Shown here in pieces: positions 24,591 through 33,823 of a DNA stretch of 42,450 bases. Numbering within the stretch: the stretch's first letter is position 1; each line of letters opens with the position of its first letter. A program made the position numbers and the translations under genes. The notes under the pieces are model-generated. The model saw nothing but the letters and a program-made list of their open reading frames with translations. It made no database searches and was not told the DNA's origin. Source of the stretch: a virus (Duplodnaviria > Caudoviricetes). The stretch is taken from positions 1-42,450 of the IMG/VR virus record IMGVR_UViG_3300012921_000049. One strand, given 5' to 3'.

Positions 24591-24977
24591 TTACGAGGAG
24601 TAGGAAGCGTCGGCCAGGTGCTCGTATTCCAACGTGAGATGCACGGTGCCGGTGGCATCGGTGCCGTTGGTGATCGAGAAGCGATCGAGCGAGCTCAGCA
24701 CGGCATCACCGAGATCAAGCGTTTGCCGCGCGCCGGCCGTGCTGGTGCCCAGCGTGGCGGTGGCGAGGGCCGTGGTGCCGGCCTTGAGGATGGCGGCATT
24801 GCCAGCCCCGGCCGAGGTACCGGCCGCCACCACCTCGAGATGCGCCGCCACGAGCCGGCATTTCTGGAAAGAGGCGAAGCGGCAGGACACGGCGGCGTTG
24901 CCGGCCACGCTTTGCGCGCTGAACTCACGCCGGATATTGAAATCCGGCCCATCGTAGGCTTGAGAGAAACGGGTCAT
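24591..24977 (-). CDS. Putative capsid decoration/minor head protein
   Basis: 128-aa beta-rich protein directly after the capsid gene; AGGAG RBS. Confidence 0.65.
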   Translation of the reverse strand: MTRFSQAYDGPDFNIRREFSAQSVAGNAAVSCRFASFQKCRLVAAHLEVVAAGTSAGAGNAAILKAGTTALATATLGTSTAGARQTLDLGDAVLSSLDRFSITNGTDATGTVHLTLEYEHLADASYSS

Positions 24978-25011
24978 GGATATCTCCTATGACTGCGGAT
25001 GGATGGAAGGA

Positions 25012-25046
25012 TGAAGGGCGCGCCAGCGGTGATCGCCGGCGCGCCT
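25012..25046 (-). terminator. Hairpin after the capsid gene (terminator or mRNA stabiliser)
   Basis: GGCGCGCCGGCG-loop-CGCUGGCGCGCC on the minus strand with a weak U tail. Confidence 0.5.
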
Positions 25047-25071
25047 GGAGGCGGGGAAGGCTGGTGCGGGT

Positions 25072-26028
25072 TTACGCCGCGCTATCCCATTTCACGATGC
25101 GGGCCTGAGCCACAAAGTCGGTGTTGGCATGCACGATGCCGAAGCCGCCCAGGTAGTACCAGGCGATGCCCTTGGAGCGGCCGAAGTCGCTCGGGATGGC
25201 GCCGCGCATCTCCTCGGGGATCACAATGGCCTCCGCCACCGTATCCTCGCCGAAGAAGCTGATCTGGTTCGACTTGCCGTTCGACCAGGCCTCCTTGGCG
25301 ATATTGGTCTGTTCCACGAAGCGGCAGCTCTCGTAGCGGCCAATCTCGCCGTTGAGGATCATGTCGAAGCCGCGATCCACATACTTGTGCACGTCTTCCA
25401 GATCATTCTTGAGCTGGCGGAACGAGCTGGGATGGCCGCACGAGCAGTAATCATCCGCCATGTAGGCCGGGATGTTCCGCTCCTTCATCAGGTCGGAAAT
25501 CGCCTTCACATGGTTCTTGCCCAGGGCCACGTTGTTGGTACCGGTCGCGGTGCCGTTGGTGGTCAGGGTGATGACATCCGTCGCGGTGCCGCTCGAACCC
25601 GGCACCACGCGCAGCAGCGTGGAGTTGAACTGGTTATAGGCGGCCGTGTCGAAGGCCTTCTTGGCGTCGTCCTTCAGCACCTTGTTGATGATCTCGGTCA
25701 CTGGCAGCTTGGACAGGTTGTCCAGCTTGGCCGTGTAGGGTACCGAATTACCGAACTCGGCGACGGTCAGCGTGCCCTGCATGATGTTGAAGTTGGTGCG
25801 CGGGATCGTGCTGGTTTCCGTCAGGGTGGTGCCCTGGGTGGCGACATTGGAATACACATCCCAATGGAAGGCATCGCCGGTCTTCAGGCCCTTCTGGGTG
25901 GCGTCCTTGGCGTCGCAGAACTGGCGAAACCGGGTCATGGGCTGCACGGCCTGGCGCAGCTTGGTGCTGAGCTGATCCGAGTAGAGATAGCCGCCCTCGG
26001 AATTGACGGCCCAAACTTGTCCAGTCAT
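25072..26028 (-). CDS. Major capsid protein (HK97 fold, N4-gp56-like)
   Basis: 318 aa; strong codon bias; EFGNSV..T, HP....L..D, GEIGRY...RFVE, DFGRSKGIAWY motifs; follows the scaffold gene. Confidence 0.9.
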   Translation of the reverse strand: MTGQVWAVNSEGGYLYSDQLSTKLRQAVQPMTRFRQFCDAKDATQKGLKTGDAFHWDVYSNVATQGTTLTETSTIPRTNFNIMQGTLTVAEFGNSVPYTAKLDNLSKLPVTEIINKVLKDDAKKAFDTAAYNQFNSTLLRVVPGSSGTATDVITLTTNGTATGTNNVALGKNHVKAISDLMKERNIPAYMADDYCSCGHPSSFRQLKNDLEDVHKYVDRGFDMILNGEIGRYESCRFVEQTNIAKEAWSNGKSNQISFFGEDTVAEAIVIPEEMRGAIPSDFGRSKGIAWYYLGGFGIVHANTDFVAQARIVKWDSAA

Positions 26029-26065
26029 GGGACTGATCCTTTTCGGTGACGCGGGCGGGCCTGCC

Positions 26066-27241
26066 CTAGCCTTTACCCCGGGACCGGTTCATCTCCGCCA
26101 CCACATCCGAAGCGGATTTTGGCGGCGCCGACCGGGCCGGGGCAAAGCGGGCAGTGGCCGCTTGCGGGGTCTGTGGCATGGCGGCCTTACGCGCGTCACG
26201 GTTCTGCACCGTGGCGGCGGCAGGCGCCGGCTTGGGATTGTTCGCGGCAGGCTGTGGCGCGTAACGGCTCACCAGCCGCTCCCGCCATTTCCGTGCCGCA
26301 TCGCCGGCCAGTTTGAAGGTTTCGAGCGGGGTCCGCTGAACGCCGTGTTCGGCATCCTTCTGGCGGATCTGCTGTACCATCTGGGCGGCGTAATAGGCCT
26401 GACCTTCGTCCTCGACCACATCCCGGTATTCGCGGCCGAATTCGGCTAGCGAGGTTTGGAATTCGGTCTTGGCTTCGATCCTCTGCTGCACGGTGGCGGC
26501 CAGGGCTTCCGGGTCTGGGGTGGCGTTACCGCGCCCCGCCTGGATTAGCTTCTGGAAGGCCTCGGCGGCTTCCTCTTCCGTGCCGTAGCGCACTTGCCGG
26601 GCCAGTTCGGCCGGAGTGAGCTCCGGTACGGACTGGTTGGGCTGCGTCGCGGGTGCCGGCACGGGCGCACCTGGCGACGCGGGATTGGGTTCAACGGCCC
26701 GGGCTTGCGCCATCTGGGCCTCGCGCTGGGCCACTTCGGCGGCCCGGCGCCGCACTTCGCGTTCAAGATGGGCGGCCTGCTCTAGCCGCCGGTCGGCTGA
26801 TTCGTTCTTCTGCGCGGCCGCCAGGACACGGGACTCAGGCCAGGTCTCCACCACGCCATTGATCTTGACCTGCACCATGCGCTCGGGCTGGGCGGCGGCA
26901 TTGGCCTGCGCTGGGGCGGCGGGTTCCGGCTCAGCCGCTGCGGCGGCCGGGTCGCCTTCCGCATCAGGTTGTGCCGTTTCGAGTTGCACGCCCTCCTCCA
27001 CCAGCGCCTGGCGGCGCGCCTCATGGATGGCCTGCATCTGCTCTTCGCGCCGCGAAAGCCGGCGCTCTGCCGGGGCAGCGCCCTCACCGGCAGGGGCTTC
27101 GCCCGCCGGGGCCGGGGCGAGCGGTTGATCGTCGGCCTCAAGACCGGTTTCCTCATCGGCCGCGTCGTGCGGCACGATAACGGTTTCGGTCTCGCTCTGG
27201 TTCGACACGCCCTCGCGGGTGGCGCCGGCTGGGTTGGCCAT
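26066..27241 (-). CDS. Capsid scaffolding protein
   Basis: Acidic Ala/Pro N-terminus, VKINGV.E..Q.N.SAD.R motif, coiled coils, basic C-terminal helix. Confidence 0.8.
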   Translation of the reverse strand: MANPAGATREGVSNQSETETVIVPHDAADEETGLEADDQPLAPAPAGEAPAGEGAAPAERRLSRREEQMQAIHEARRQALVEEGVQLETAQPDAEGDPAAAAAEPEPAAPAQANAAAQPERMVQVKINGVVETWPESRVLAAAQKNESADRRLEQAAHLEREVRRRAAEVAQREAQMAQARAVEPNPASPGAPVPAPATQPNQSVPELTPAELARQVRYGTEEEAAEAFQKLIQAGRGNATPDPEALAATVQQRIEAKTEFQTSLAEFGREYRDVVEDEGQAYYAAQMVQQIRQKDAEHGVQRTPLETFKLAGDAARKWRERLVSRYAPQPAANNPKPAPAAATVQNRDARKAAMPQTPQAATARFAPARSAPPKSASDVVAEMNRSRGKG

Positions 27242-27276
27242 TGGATTTCCTCGGAGTTGATGGGTGGCGGTGGTGA

Positions 27277-27609
27277 TCAGGTATCGGGAAGGTCTTGGCT
27301 CGCCAATTCTCTTTGCGCGGCCTCGCCCTGGGCGATCAGATCCTCAAGCCAGACACCTATCTGGTTGGCCTGATAGATCTGCAGATGCAGGCTGCGCAGC
27401 TTGTCGGTCTCGATATGCGGGGCCGAGCAGAGTTCATCCAGCGCGGCCTGCTTCTGCTGGTCGGCCTTTTCCACGATGAGACGCAGCCCGGCGCCGTTCT
27501 GCAATTCGCGGCGCACCGTATCGCCAAGGGTAGCGGCCCGGCGCAGGTCATCCTCGTTATAGGCTTCGAATTCTTCGGCCTGGCCTTGGTCTTCCGTATC
27601 CTGGCTCAA
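27277..27609 (-). CDS. Small helical head-module protein
   Basis: TTG start overlapping the portal stop; 110 aa between portal and scaffold. Confidence 0.7.
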   Translation of the reverse strand: MSQDTEDQGQAEEFEAYNEDDLRRAATLGDTVRRELQNGAGLRLIVEKADQQKQAALDELCSAPHIETDKLRSLHLQIYQANQIGVWLEDLIAQGEAAQRELASQDLPDT

Positions 27610-29792
27610 GTCGGGTCACCCATGGGCCCGCGCGCCAGAGGGGCGCGGCCTTGCGGCTGGGCCTCCGTTGGCCGGCCCTGCGGCACGGTACCGAGCCAGG
27701 CGGGCGGCAGCCCGGGCCAATCAAACTTGGTTGGCTTCTGGGCCACCAAGAGATGCTCCCGGTAATCGCCCTCGTTCTGCAATTGCTGGACCGCGATATC
27801 GGTGGCGTTGTTGCCCTGGGCGATCTGGATCTTGGCGTCGATCTCGCGGTTCTTGTCGTCGAGCTGTTTCTGCAGGTCCTGGATCACGGACTGCAGCTGC
27901 TCGATCTGCTCCTGTCCGGCCTGGCCTTCCTCCTCGGGGTTGAAGAAGCGCGAGCCATCGCGATACCCGGCCAGGCCGAACACTTCCGAGATCACGGCGT
28001 CCTGCTTGACCCGCTTCACAATGCTGGGCCCGAAGATCTGGCCCACAGTTTTGGTCGCCATCTCGAAGCGCGCCAGGCGGCGCTCAGGCGCCACCGCGGC
28101 CAGGCCCACATCCACAGTGCAGGTCAGATCCTGCTCGAGCAATTCATCATCGATCCGGTTCACCCCGAAATGCTGCCAGAGCTTGGCCTTGGCGCCAGCC
28201 AGGGACAGCACCACCACATCGGATTCGTATTTCTGCTCGAGGCGGAGCAATTGCCGCAGCACAGGCTCGACCCATGTCTCGGTGAAGACCCGAAGGTCGT
28301 ATTCCGCCATCCCGGAGGCATTGCCGGCCAAGAGCTGCATCCCGCCCACAGTTTCGTTCAGCTTGCGGTTCGATTGGATACTGGCCGGCGAGAAGGCTCC
28401 GGCGGCCTCATCGAACTCCACACTGAGGCGATCCTGCTCCTGATAGCTGGATGCCGTCACATCGGGCGGGCGATCCGTCACCACATCGGTGCCAGGATTC
28501 TGCATCAGCACGGTGCCGCCCGGTGTGGAGCGAAGCAAGGCCTGCAAGTCGACATTGCCGCCGTTGCGCACGAAGTTCCGGCCATTCATGGCCAGCTTCA
28601 CGTTGTCCATGCGCTGGTTGGTTACATCGTTGATCTCGACCTGCAGCGGGGCGGTGAGCTGCACCTTGGAGCTGGGATAGACCTTATGGGTCTCGATCAC
28701 GGCCGAGCCCATCACGATGGGCCGCTTGCCCTCTTCGCAGTGCCAGTAAACCTCGTCCACGGGCCGGGGATCGGACAGGATCGCGTGACCGCCCAGGGTG
28801 AAGAACACATAATCGGTGCCGGCGCGCTTGATGAAGTTTTCCTGCACCCAGACAATGTCGTAGTCCCGCACCGCCTGGGCATCGTTGGACTTGCTGTCCT
28901 GCCGCTCCTGGCCCTCACGGGCGGCCCGCACCGAATCCGACATGCCCGACATGGCTTGGCCGAGATCGGCATCACTGACCGGGCGCCAGCCCGGCGCCCC
29001 GGTCTTGCTATCGGGGTTCGCGATCCGCTCTCGCACCTCATGCACATACATGGGGATCAGCAGGATCAGGTAGGGGCTGGTATTGGCGGGGTCGCGCCAA
29101 TCCGCGCCGGGGTCGATCAGCACATTCTCGGGCGGAATCACGTCGATGCAGGGCTTGTCCTGCACCACCTTGTAGCCCGGCTCTGGCCGCTCCAGCGGGT
29201 GGCCGGTGGCTGGGTCCATCACGGGCTGGCCCGTTTCGGGGTCCAGCATCGGCACCCAAGTCGTGACCTCGCGGCGCTGATACCGCCAGTATTGCTTGGA
29301 GCAGCACACCCCGGTCACCTGGGCGTCCTGCAGCGCGCCGATCAGGGTGAGGAACCAGGGGATGGTCTTGGTGAGCCTGTACTGGAGCAGATGCTCATTA
29401 ATGGCCGCTGAGGCGAGCTGCTTGGGATCGTTATCGTCGGTCGCCTCGACGCTGGTCAGCTTGGTCGAGGAGAAGAAGGCAGCGGCCGCCGCGGCTTCGT
29501 TTTTCCGCACCGTGGATCGTGTCCGCGGGCGGAACAGCCGGGAGCGCTTCTTGTAGAGCTCGCTGTGATACTTGGAGCCGGGTGGATGCCGGTTATTGAA
29601 CAGCGCGTAGTTCTGTTCCCACTGCCGGCGCAGGGACGAATTCAGGAAACTCTCGGCTGACTGGCGCGATTCCACCACCAGCTTGAGCCACTCGGCATCC
29701 TCATCGCTTTCGAGATCGCCATCTTCCGTCACCTGGCCCTCGGCCTGGGTGCCTTCCTGGGCGGCGAGATAATCCTCCAGCGGCAGAGTCAT
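27606..29792 (-). CDS. Portal protein
   Basis: 728 aa after terminase; IPPENVLIDP, LQ.EIND..NQR.DNV, NETVGGM.LL motifs; C-terminal coiled coil. Confidence 0.9.
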   Translation of the reverse strand: MTLPLEDYLAAQEGTQAEGQVTEDGDLESDEDAEWLKLVVESRQSAESFLNSSLRRQWEQNYALFNNRHPPGSKYHSELYKKRSRLFRPRTRSTVRKNEAAAAAAFFSSTKLTSVEATDDNDPKQLASAAINEHLLQYRLTKTIPWFLTLIGALQDAQVTGVCCSKQYWRYQRREVTTWVPMLDPETGQPVMDPATGHPLERPEPGYKVVQDKPCIDVIPPENVLIDPGADWRDPANTSPYLILLIPMYVHEVRERIANPDSKTGAPGWRPVSDADLGQAMSGMSDSVRAAREGQERQDSKSNDAQAVRDYDIVWVQENFIKRAGTDYVFFTLGGHAILSDPRPVDEVYWHCEEGKRPIVMGSAVIETHKVYPSSKVQLTAPLQVEINDVTNQRMDNVKLAMNGRNFVRNGGNVDLQALLRSTPGGTVLMQNPGTDVVTDRPPDVTASSYQEQDRLSVEFDEAAGAFSPASIQSNRKLNETVGGMQLLAGNASGMAEYDLRVFTETWVEPVLRQLLRLEQKYESDVVVLSLAGAKAKLWQHFGVNRIDDELLEQDLTCTVDVGLAAVAPERRLARFEMATKTVGQIFGPSIVKRVKQDAVISEVFGLAGYRDGSRFFNPEEEGQAGQEQIEQLQSVIQDLQKQLDDKNREIDAKIQIAQGNNATDIAVQQLQNEGDYREHLLVAQKPTKFDWPGLPPAWLGTVPQGRPTEAQPQGRAPLARGPMGDPT

Positions 29793-30121
29793 TACCGCGA
29801 CCCCAGGGGCTGCGGTACATGCTGCAGCAGTTCAGGGCTATATTTGGTCCTGGCCACATTCCAGCGCTCCAGCAATTCGCCGCCGGCCCGCATCACGCTG
29901 ACCATGCCCGAGTCACTCTTGAGGTCCACCAAGAACAGCCTAAAGCCCCAGCGACCCGATAGGGCGAAGTTCTGCACCGAGGCCACGCCGGTGCGATGTG
30001 AGACATTCACCGCCCAGGCATGGCCCGGATAATGCCGGTGCAGCACTTCCGCCATGCGCCGGGCCAGCGCGATATCGGCCGCATCGGCGTTCGGGTCATC
30101 GGAAACGAAAAGCGCGTCCAT
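29792..30121 (-). CDS. Conserved hypothetical protein upstream of portal
   Basis: L.RHYPGH.WAV..WGF..RAGGELLER; TAATG-coupled to the portal gene; start placed at ATG 30121. Confidence 0.7.
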   Translation of the reverse strand: MDALFVSDDPNADAADIALARRMAEVLHRHYPGHAWAVNVSHRTGVASVQNFALSGRWGFRLFLVDLKSDSGMVSVMRAGGELLERWNVARTKYSPELLQHVPQPLGSR

Positions 30122-30128
30122 GGCGGGG

Positions 30129-30290
30129 TCAGCTCGTCGCGGTGCCATACATGGGCACCGGCGCGACAAACTTGCGATGGCCGAATTCATACTGAACCGG
30201 CTTGAGCCGCTCCTGATCGATCTGATCGTCGGCACGGCGGCACATATCCTCGAAACTAAACACGCGCGTGGTCACCACGGTCTCGGGCAT
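30129..30290 (-). CDS. Small hypothetical protein
   Basis: 53 aa from ATG 30290 with GGAG RBS. Confidence 0.5.
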   Translation of the reverse strand: MPETVVTTRVFSFEDMCRRADDQIDQERLKPVQYEFGHRKFVAPVPMYGTATS

Positions 30291-30561
30291 CTCGGCTCTC
30301 CCGGTAAATCTTGAGTATCTGGGCCACGGCGCCGCCCCGGGCCTGCAGGGCCCGCCAATAAGCGAACCGGCCCGGCCGGGCGCTGTACCAATCGATCGGC
30401 GAAACACCCCGGCAGACCAGCAGATCGGCCAGCACCAGCAACACCGCCATAGCCAGCAGGCGAAGCAGCACCAGGGGCCGGGTCAACCGGCGGCCAAGCG
30501 ACTTGCGGGCCGCGTTGATCTCGTCCAGGCCCTGCAGGGCGGCGGTTCCGATTTCCAGCAT
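30256..30561 (-). CDS. Hypothetical protein with one hydrophobic segment
   Basis: AGGAG RBS directly after the terminase stop; 101 aa. Confidence 0.55.
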   Translation of the reverse strand: MLEIGTAALQGLDEINAARKSLGRRLTRPLVLLRLLAMAVLLVLADLLVCRGVSPIDWYSARPGRFAYWRALQARGGAVAQILKIYRESRDARDRGDHARV

Positions 30562-30570
30562 GATGCTCTC

Positions 30571-32298
30571 CTACACGCCGTCCTGGTGGGCCTCTGGCTC
30601 CAGATCGGCCTGCTTCGGCTTGGGGGTGGCCGATATGGGCTGCATGTCGTAGACCCGCGAACATGAATCGATCAGATCGTCATGCGAGCCGAACGGGAAG
30701 AATTTGTATTCACTGATCAGCGCCACCGTCACATCGTAGGGCTTCTTATCGCGGTCGATCCGCTTGATCGGGCGGGCGATGCGGTGATCCTGGCCGGCAT
30801 GGATCAGGCGCCGCATATCGGCGGAGAATTCCTCGTTGGGCTTGAGAGGCCGGTATTTGACATCGATATTGCTGAACTCGTCGGTCTCGATGCTGGGCCG
30901 GCAGATCTTGTTGTCGTGCAGCACCCGGGCCGGGAGATGAAACCTGCCGCCCTTGAAATCCGGCACGAGCCGCTCGACCCGGTCCACCTTGGCGTTGCTG
31001 CCCTCATGGGGCCAATTCAGTTCCGTGATGCCGAACCAGACCTTCTCGAGTGGCATCATGATGTTGAAATGCTCGATATCGGTCACCAGGCCGTATTGCT
31101 CATATCCGATCTCGACCGATGACACGCCAGGCTCGTTGCTCCATTTCCGGTGGAGGCGCTTGAGCCAGAACCAGCGCTCATCAAGGTCCATCCGGTGCCG
31201 CACGCCGTCGAGCAGGTAGCGGTTCTGGGCCACATCAACCCCGATCACCGCCATCGCGGTGCGGTCGGATCGCTTATGCCGTCCCTTACTGGGATCGACC
31301 AGGATGTAGATCCGCAGCGTGGCGGGCCTGGTCTCGTAGAAGCGAAGCCACGAGACCTGGAAGGTGGCGTCCTGCCCGGCGGCAGGGTTCTGCAGCATCT
31401 GGGCGGAGATTGTGGTGGGCTGGGAGATTTTCTTCTGTTCCCAAACCTCTGGGCTTAGAAAGACCGGCTTACCATCGAGCCGGCCATTATGCGTGGCAGG
31501 GTACAGCCTGGGCCGCAGCGCCCCGCGATCGATCTGGATTCCGTAGGTGTCGCCGAAATGGTACCGGGTGCCGACCCACCGCTCCGTGCCATCCTTGGTG
31601 CCGAGATTGTCGCTCAACTCAGCCATCTCGGTGGTCTTGATGATCATTTCAGGGTTGGTCACACTCTTGGGCGTCACCACGTCATCGTAGGTTCGTATCT
31701 TGAAGTGGGCGCCGATCGGCTGGGCATCGACCAGGCCGTGGGCCTCAACCGTGGCCTCGCGCGGATTGGAATCGCGTTTTACCGTGATCCCGTCCTGCTC
31801 AGACCATTTCGGGGCCTGGGTCTTGGGGTTGCTCCACAGGATATCGGGGAACAGGCCCTTGAGCTGCTTGTTGGCCTCGAATTCCTGCTTGATCTGGCGC
31901 AAGAATTTTACCGCGAGATCCTTGGCCACCGAGAAGATGCCGATCGTCACCTCGCCGCCATAGCGCTGGTCGGCATCCTCGCCATGACTTGCCAGGATAT
32001 CCTGGATCGACAGGCCAAAGGTGATGATGGGGGACTTGTAATGCTCACGGGCCCAGAGATCGAGATGCCGGTCCGGGCTGAACTGCACCTCTCGACACCG
32101 CTCGAATACCCAGGGATGCGCCATATCGACACGACCCAGCACCACGGTGAGCAGGTAGTAGAGATCATTCCTGGCCAGCAGGCGCCTGGCTTCGCGGATT
32201 ACATCCGGTTTGTGATCAGCCGATAGGGCATCCCGGTAGAAGGCAAGGGCATCGGGAAGCGTGGCGGGAAGCCATGCCGGCGGGGGTGGCCTCGACAT
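30571..32298 (-). CDS. terL: Terminase large subunit
   Basis: Walker A-like AREHYKS, Walker B YDDVV, VGTRY coupling motif, nuclease ILVDPS and HDDLID. Confidence 0.93.
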   Translation of the reverse strand: MSRPPPPAWLPATLPDALAFYRDALSADHKPDVIREARRLLARNDLYYLLTVVLGRVDMAHPWVFERCREVQFSPDRHLDLWAREHYKSPIITFGLSIQDILASHGEDADQRYGGEVTIGIFSVAKDLAVKFLRQIKQEFEANKQLKGLFPDILWSNPKTQAPKWSEQDGITVKRDSNPREATVEAHGLVDAQPIGAHFKIRTYDDVVTPKSVTNPEMIIKTTEMAELSDNLGTKDGTERWVGTRYHFGDTYGIQIDRGALRPRLYPATHNGRLDGKPVFLSPEVWEQKKISQPTTISAQMLQNPAAGQDATFQVSWLRFYETRPATLRIYILVDPSKGRHKRSDRTAMAVIGVDVAQNRYLLDGVRHRMDLDERWFWLKRLHRKWSNEPGVSSVEIGYEQYGLVTDIEHFNIMMPLEKVWFGITELNWPHEGSNAKVDRVERLVPDFKGGRFHLPARVLHDNKICRPSIETDEFSNIDVKYRPLKPNEEFSADMRRLIHAGQDHRIARPIKRIDRDKKPYDVTVALISEYKFFPFGSHDDLIDSCSRVYDMQPISATPKPKQADLEPEAHQDGV

Positions 32299-32309
32299 GG
32301 CCGATAGGC

Positions 32310-32969
32310 TCAGGCGGCCCGGGTCGCGGGTCGCGGCGCGAGATGCTCCAGCATCTTGTGGGCATTGCGGCGCGCCTGGCTTACCGCGGTGGTGTCGATC
32401 TCACCCTCGTTCCCCATCTCCTCCTCGCGCTTCAGGCCAAAGGCCTGGCGCTCGAGCGGGATGAGGCGGGCCGTGGTCCGCACCAGGCTTTCCAGCACCG
32501 AAGCCGCATCGGCGATCTCGGCGATGTTTTCCTTGTAGGGTCGCGGCGGCGCGCCGGTCTTGCCTTTCTGCTTGGCCTGCACCGGCTTGGATTCGAGTTG
32601 AACCATCACCGTGCTGAGGCGCTGCGTGAGCCGATCCGCCGTGGTGGTGAGGTTCTTGATCCCTGACCGGTGCTGGCGGATAACCTCGGCCTGCAGGGCC
32701 GCATTGGCCCGCACGATATCGGTTTCGGTTGCCAGTTTCTGCTCGGCAACCTGGCCGGCAAGGGCCTGTCTGGCAACAGCGGCCGCGGCCTCGGCCTGGA
32801 TCTTGGCCTTCAGGTCACGGGTCCAGCTATGATCGTTAGCTTTTTTCTGGATCGCGGTATGGGAAAGACCGTGGAACCGGCCAATCTCACGAACCGAGAG
32901 GAGGCCGGCGCGATAATCGCGTTCGATCGCCTCCCAGTCATGCTGGGGCTTGTCAGGTTTGCTTGTCAT
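32310..32969 (-). CDS. terS: Terminase small subunit
   Basis: DWEAIERDYRAG.LSVREI..H..S..AI.K.A...W.RDL HTH; LERQAFGL; directly upstream of terL. Confidence 0.85.
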   Translation of the reverse strand: MTSKPDKPQHDWEAIERDYRAGLLSVREIGRFHGLSHTAIQKKANDHSWTRDLKAKIQAEAAAAVARQALAGQVAEQKLATETDIVRANAALQAEVIRQHRSGIKNLTTTADRLTQRLSTVMVQLESKPVQAKQKGKTGAPPRPYKENIAEIADAASVLESLVRTTARLIPLERQAFGLKREEEMGNEGEIDTTAVSQARRNAHKMLEHLAPRPATRAA

Positions 32970-32981
32970 GGGGGCGAACGT

Positions 32982-33071
32982 CCCGCCTTGCGGCTCAAAG
33001 GGATGGCTCGAGAAGCGCTGCGCATCGGTGTGTAGAGTGGCGGGCCGCTCTATGGCGTCCGCAAGGCAGGG
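32982..33071 (-). promoter_or_regulatory. Probable late-operon control region with nested inverted repeats
   Basis: GCCTTGCGG (32985-32993) / CCGCAAGGC (33059-33067) flank the near-palindrome TAGAGTGGCGGGCCGCTCTA (33033-33052); lies between the antiterminator gene and terS. Confidence 0.4.
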
Positions 33072-33077
33072 GGAAGA

Positions 33078-33614
33078 TCAACCCGCCGCCTCGATGCTTT
33101 CCGCTGCAACATTTACATGCTGCCATTTACCCAGCATGTCAATCAGAATTTTCACGCGCTCGGCGCTCGACGATACGCACACGCCGGCAAAACCTGCGAG
33201 TGGACCCGTGACGATCACGACCCGCGTTCCGGCCTTCCAATGCGGGGCCGCCTTGCGCCGCAGGTCGATCGCGCCACCCTCGGCCTCCATCCAGCGCTTG
33301 AACGCATCCACCTTGGCCCCGGGGATCGTACAGACCGTGCGGCCCGCGGTGCGGATCACTTCTGCCACGCCTGGCGTGGATAGGATCGGCGCAAAGCCCT
33401 GGCCCTCGATCTGCGCCACGAACAGGTATCGCTTGAAGAGCGGCTTGATCATCTCCTTCGATCCGTGATCGTGCCGCACCGTGACCAGGCATTGCGGCAG
33501 GAAAGGCTCGTAGCCGCGGGTCAGCAGGGCCAGCACGGCCTTCTGTTCGGCATTGGGCTTGCTGATCACCACATACCAGCGGCGCGGGTCGTAGCTGGGC
33601 AGGGCAGGGCTCAC
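33078..33614 (-). CDS. nusG: NusG/RfaH-family transcription antiterminator
   Basis: WYVV..KP..E, PLF.RYLFV NGN domain; G..V.I..GPLAGF.G KOW motif; lambda Q-like position. Confidence 0.92.
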   Translation of the reverse strand: MSPALPSYDPRRWYVVISKPNAEQKAVLALLTRGYEPFLPQCLVTVRHDHGSKEMIKPLFKRYLFVAQIEGQGFAPILSTPGVAEVIRTAGRTVCTIPGAKVDAFKRWMEAEGGAIDLRRKAAPHWKAGTRVVIVTGPLAGFAGVCVSSSAERVKILIDMLGKWQHVNVAAESIEAAG

Positions 33615-33823
33615 TTCCGCATCCTCCGGCCATGGCGTTTCGCGCCGAGGTTCTTCAGCGCCTGCCGGAGGAAATCATCCATCGGCTCGTTCGGGTCGTA
33701 GGGGTTCACCACCAGCAGCCCACTGGCCTGCCAGGCGGAGGCCTTGAGGGCGGCGAGTTCCTCCGGGCTGGCCGGGGCACGGGCCGCGATCCGGCCCAGG
33801 TAGGAGGCGGCGTGCTGGTTCAT
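33611..33823 (-). CDS. Small hypothetical protein
   Basis: 70 aa from ATG 33823; ATGA/GTGA overlaps on both sides. Confidence 0.65.
   Translation of the reverse strand: MNQHAASYLGRIAARAPASPEELAALKASAWQASGLLVVNPYDPNEPMDDFLRQALKNLGAKRHGRRMRK

Noticed and set aside
27651-29411. Long plus-strand ORFs (this 586-aa one and similar ones at 4878, 7380, 12935, 25129, 33632)
   Set aside because: Antisense shadows of high-GC minus-strand genes, with no recognisable motifs.
32020-32060. Inactivating change at the terminase Walker A (HYKSP where I would expect HYKST)
   Set aside because: The Lys-Ser pair is intact and I cannot establish the family consensus without an alignment; worth rechecking only if other lesions prove real.
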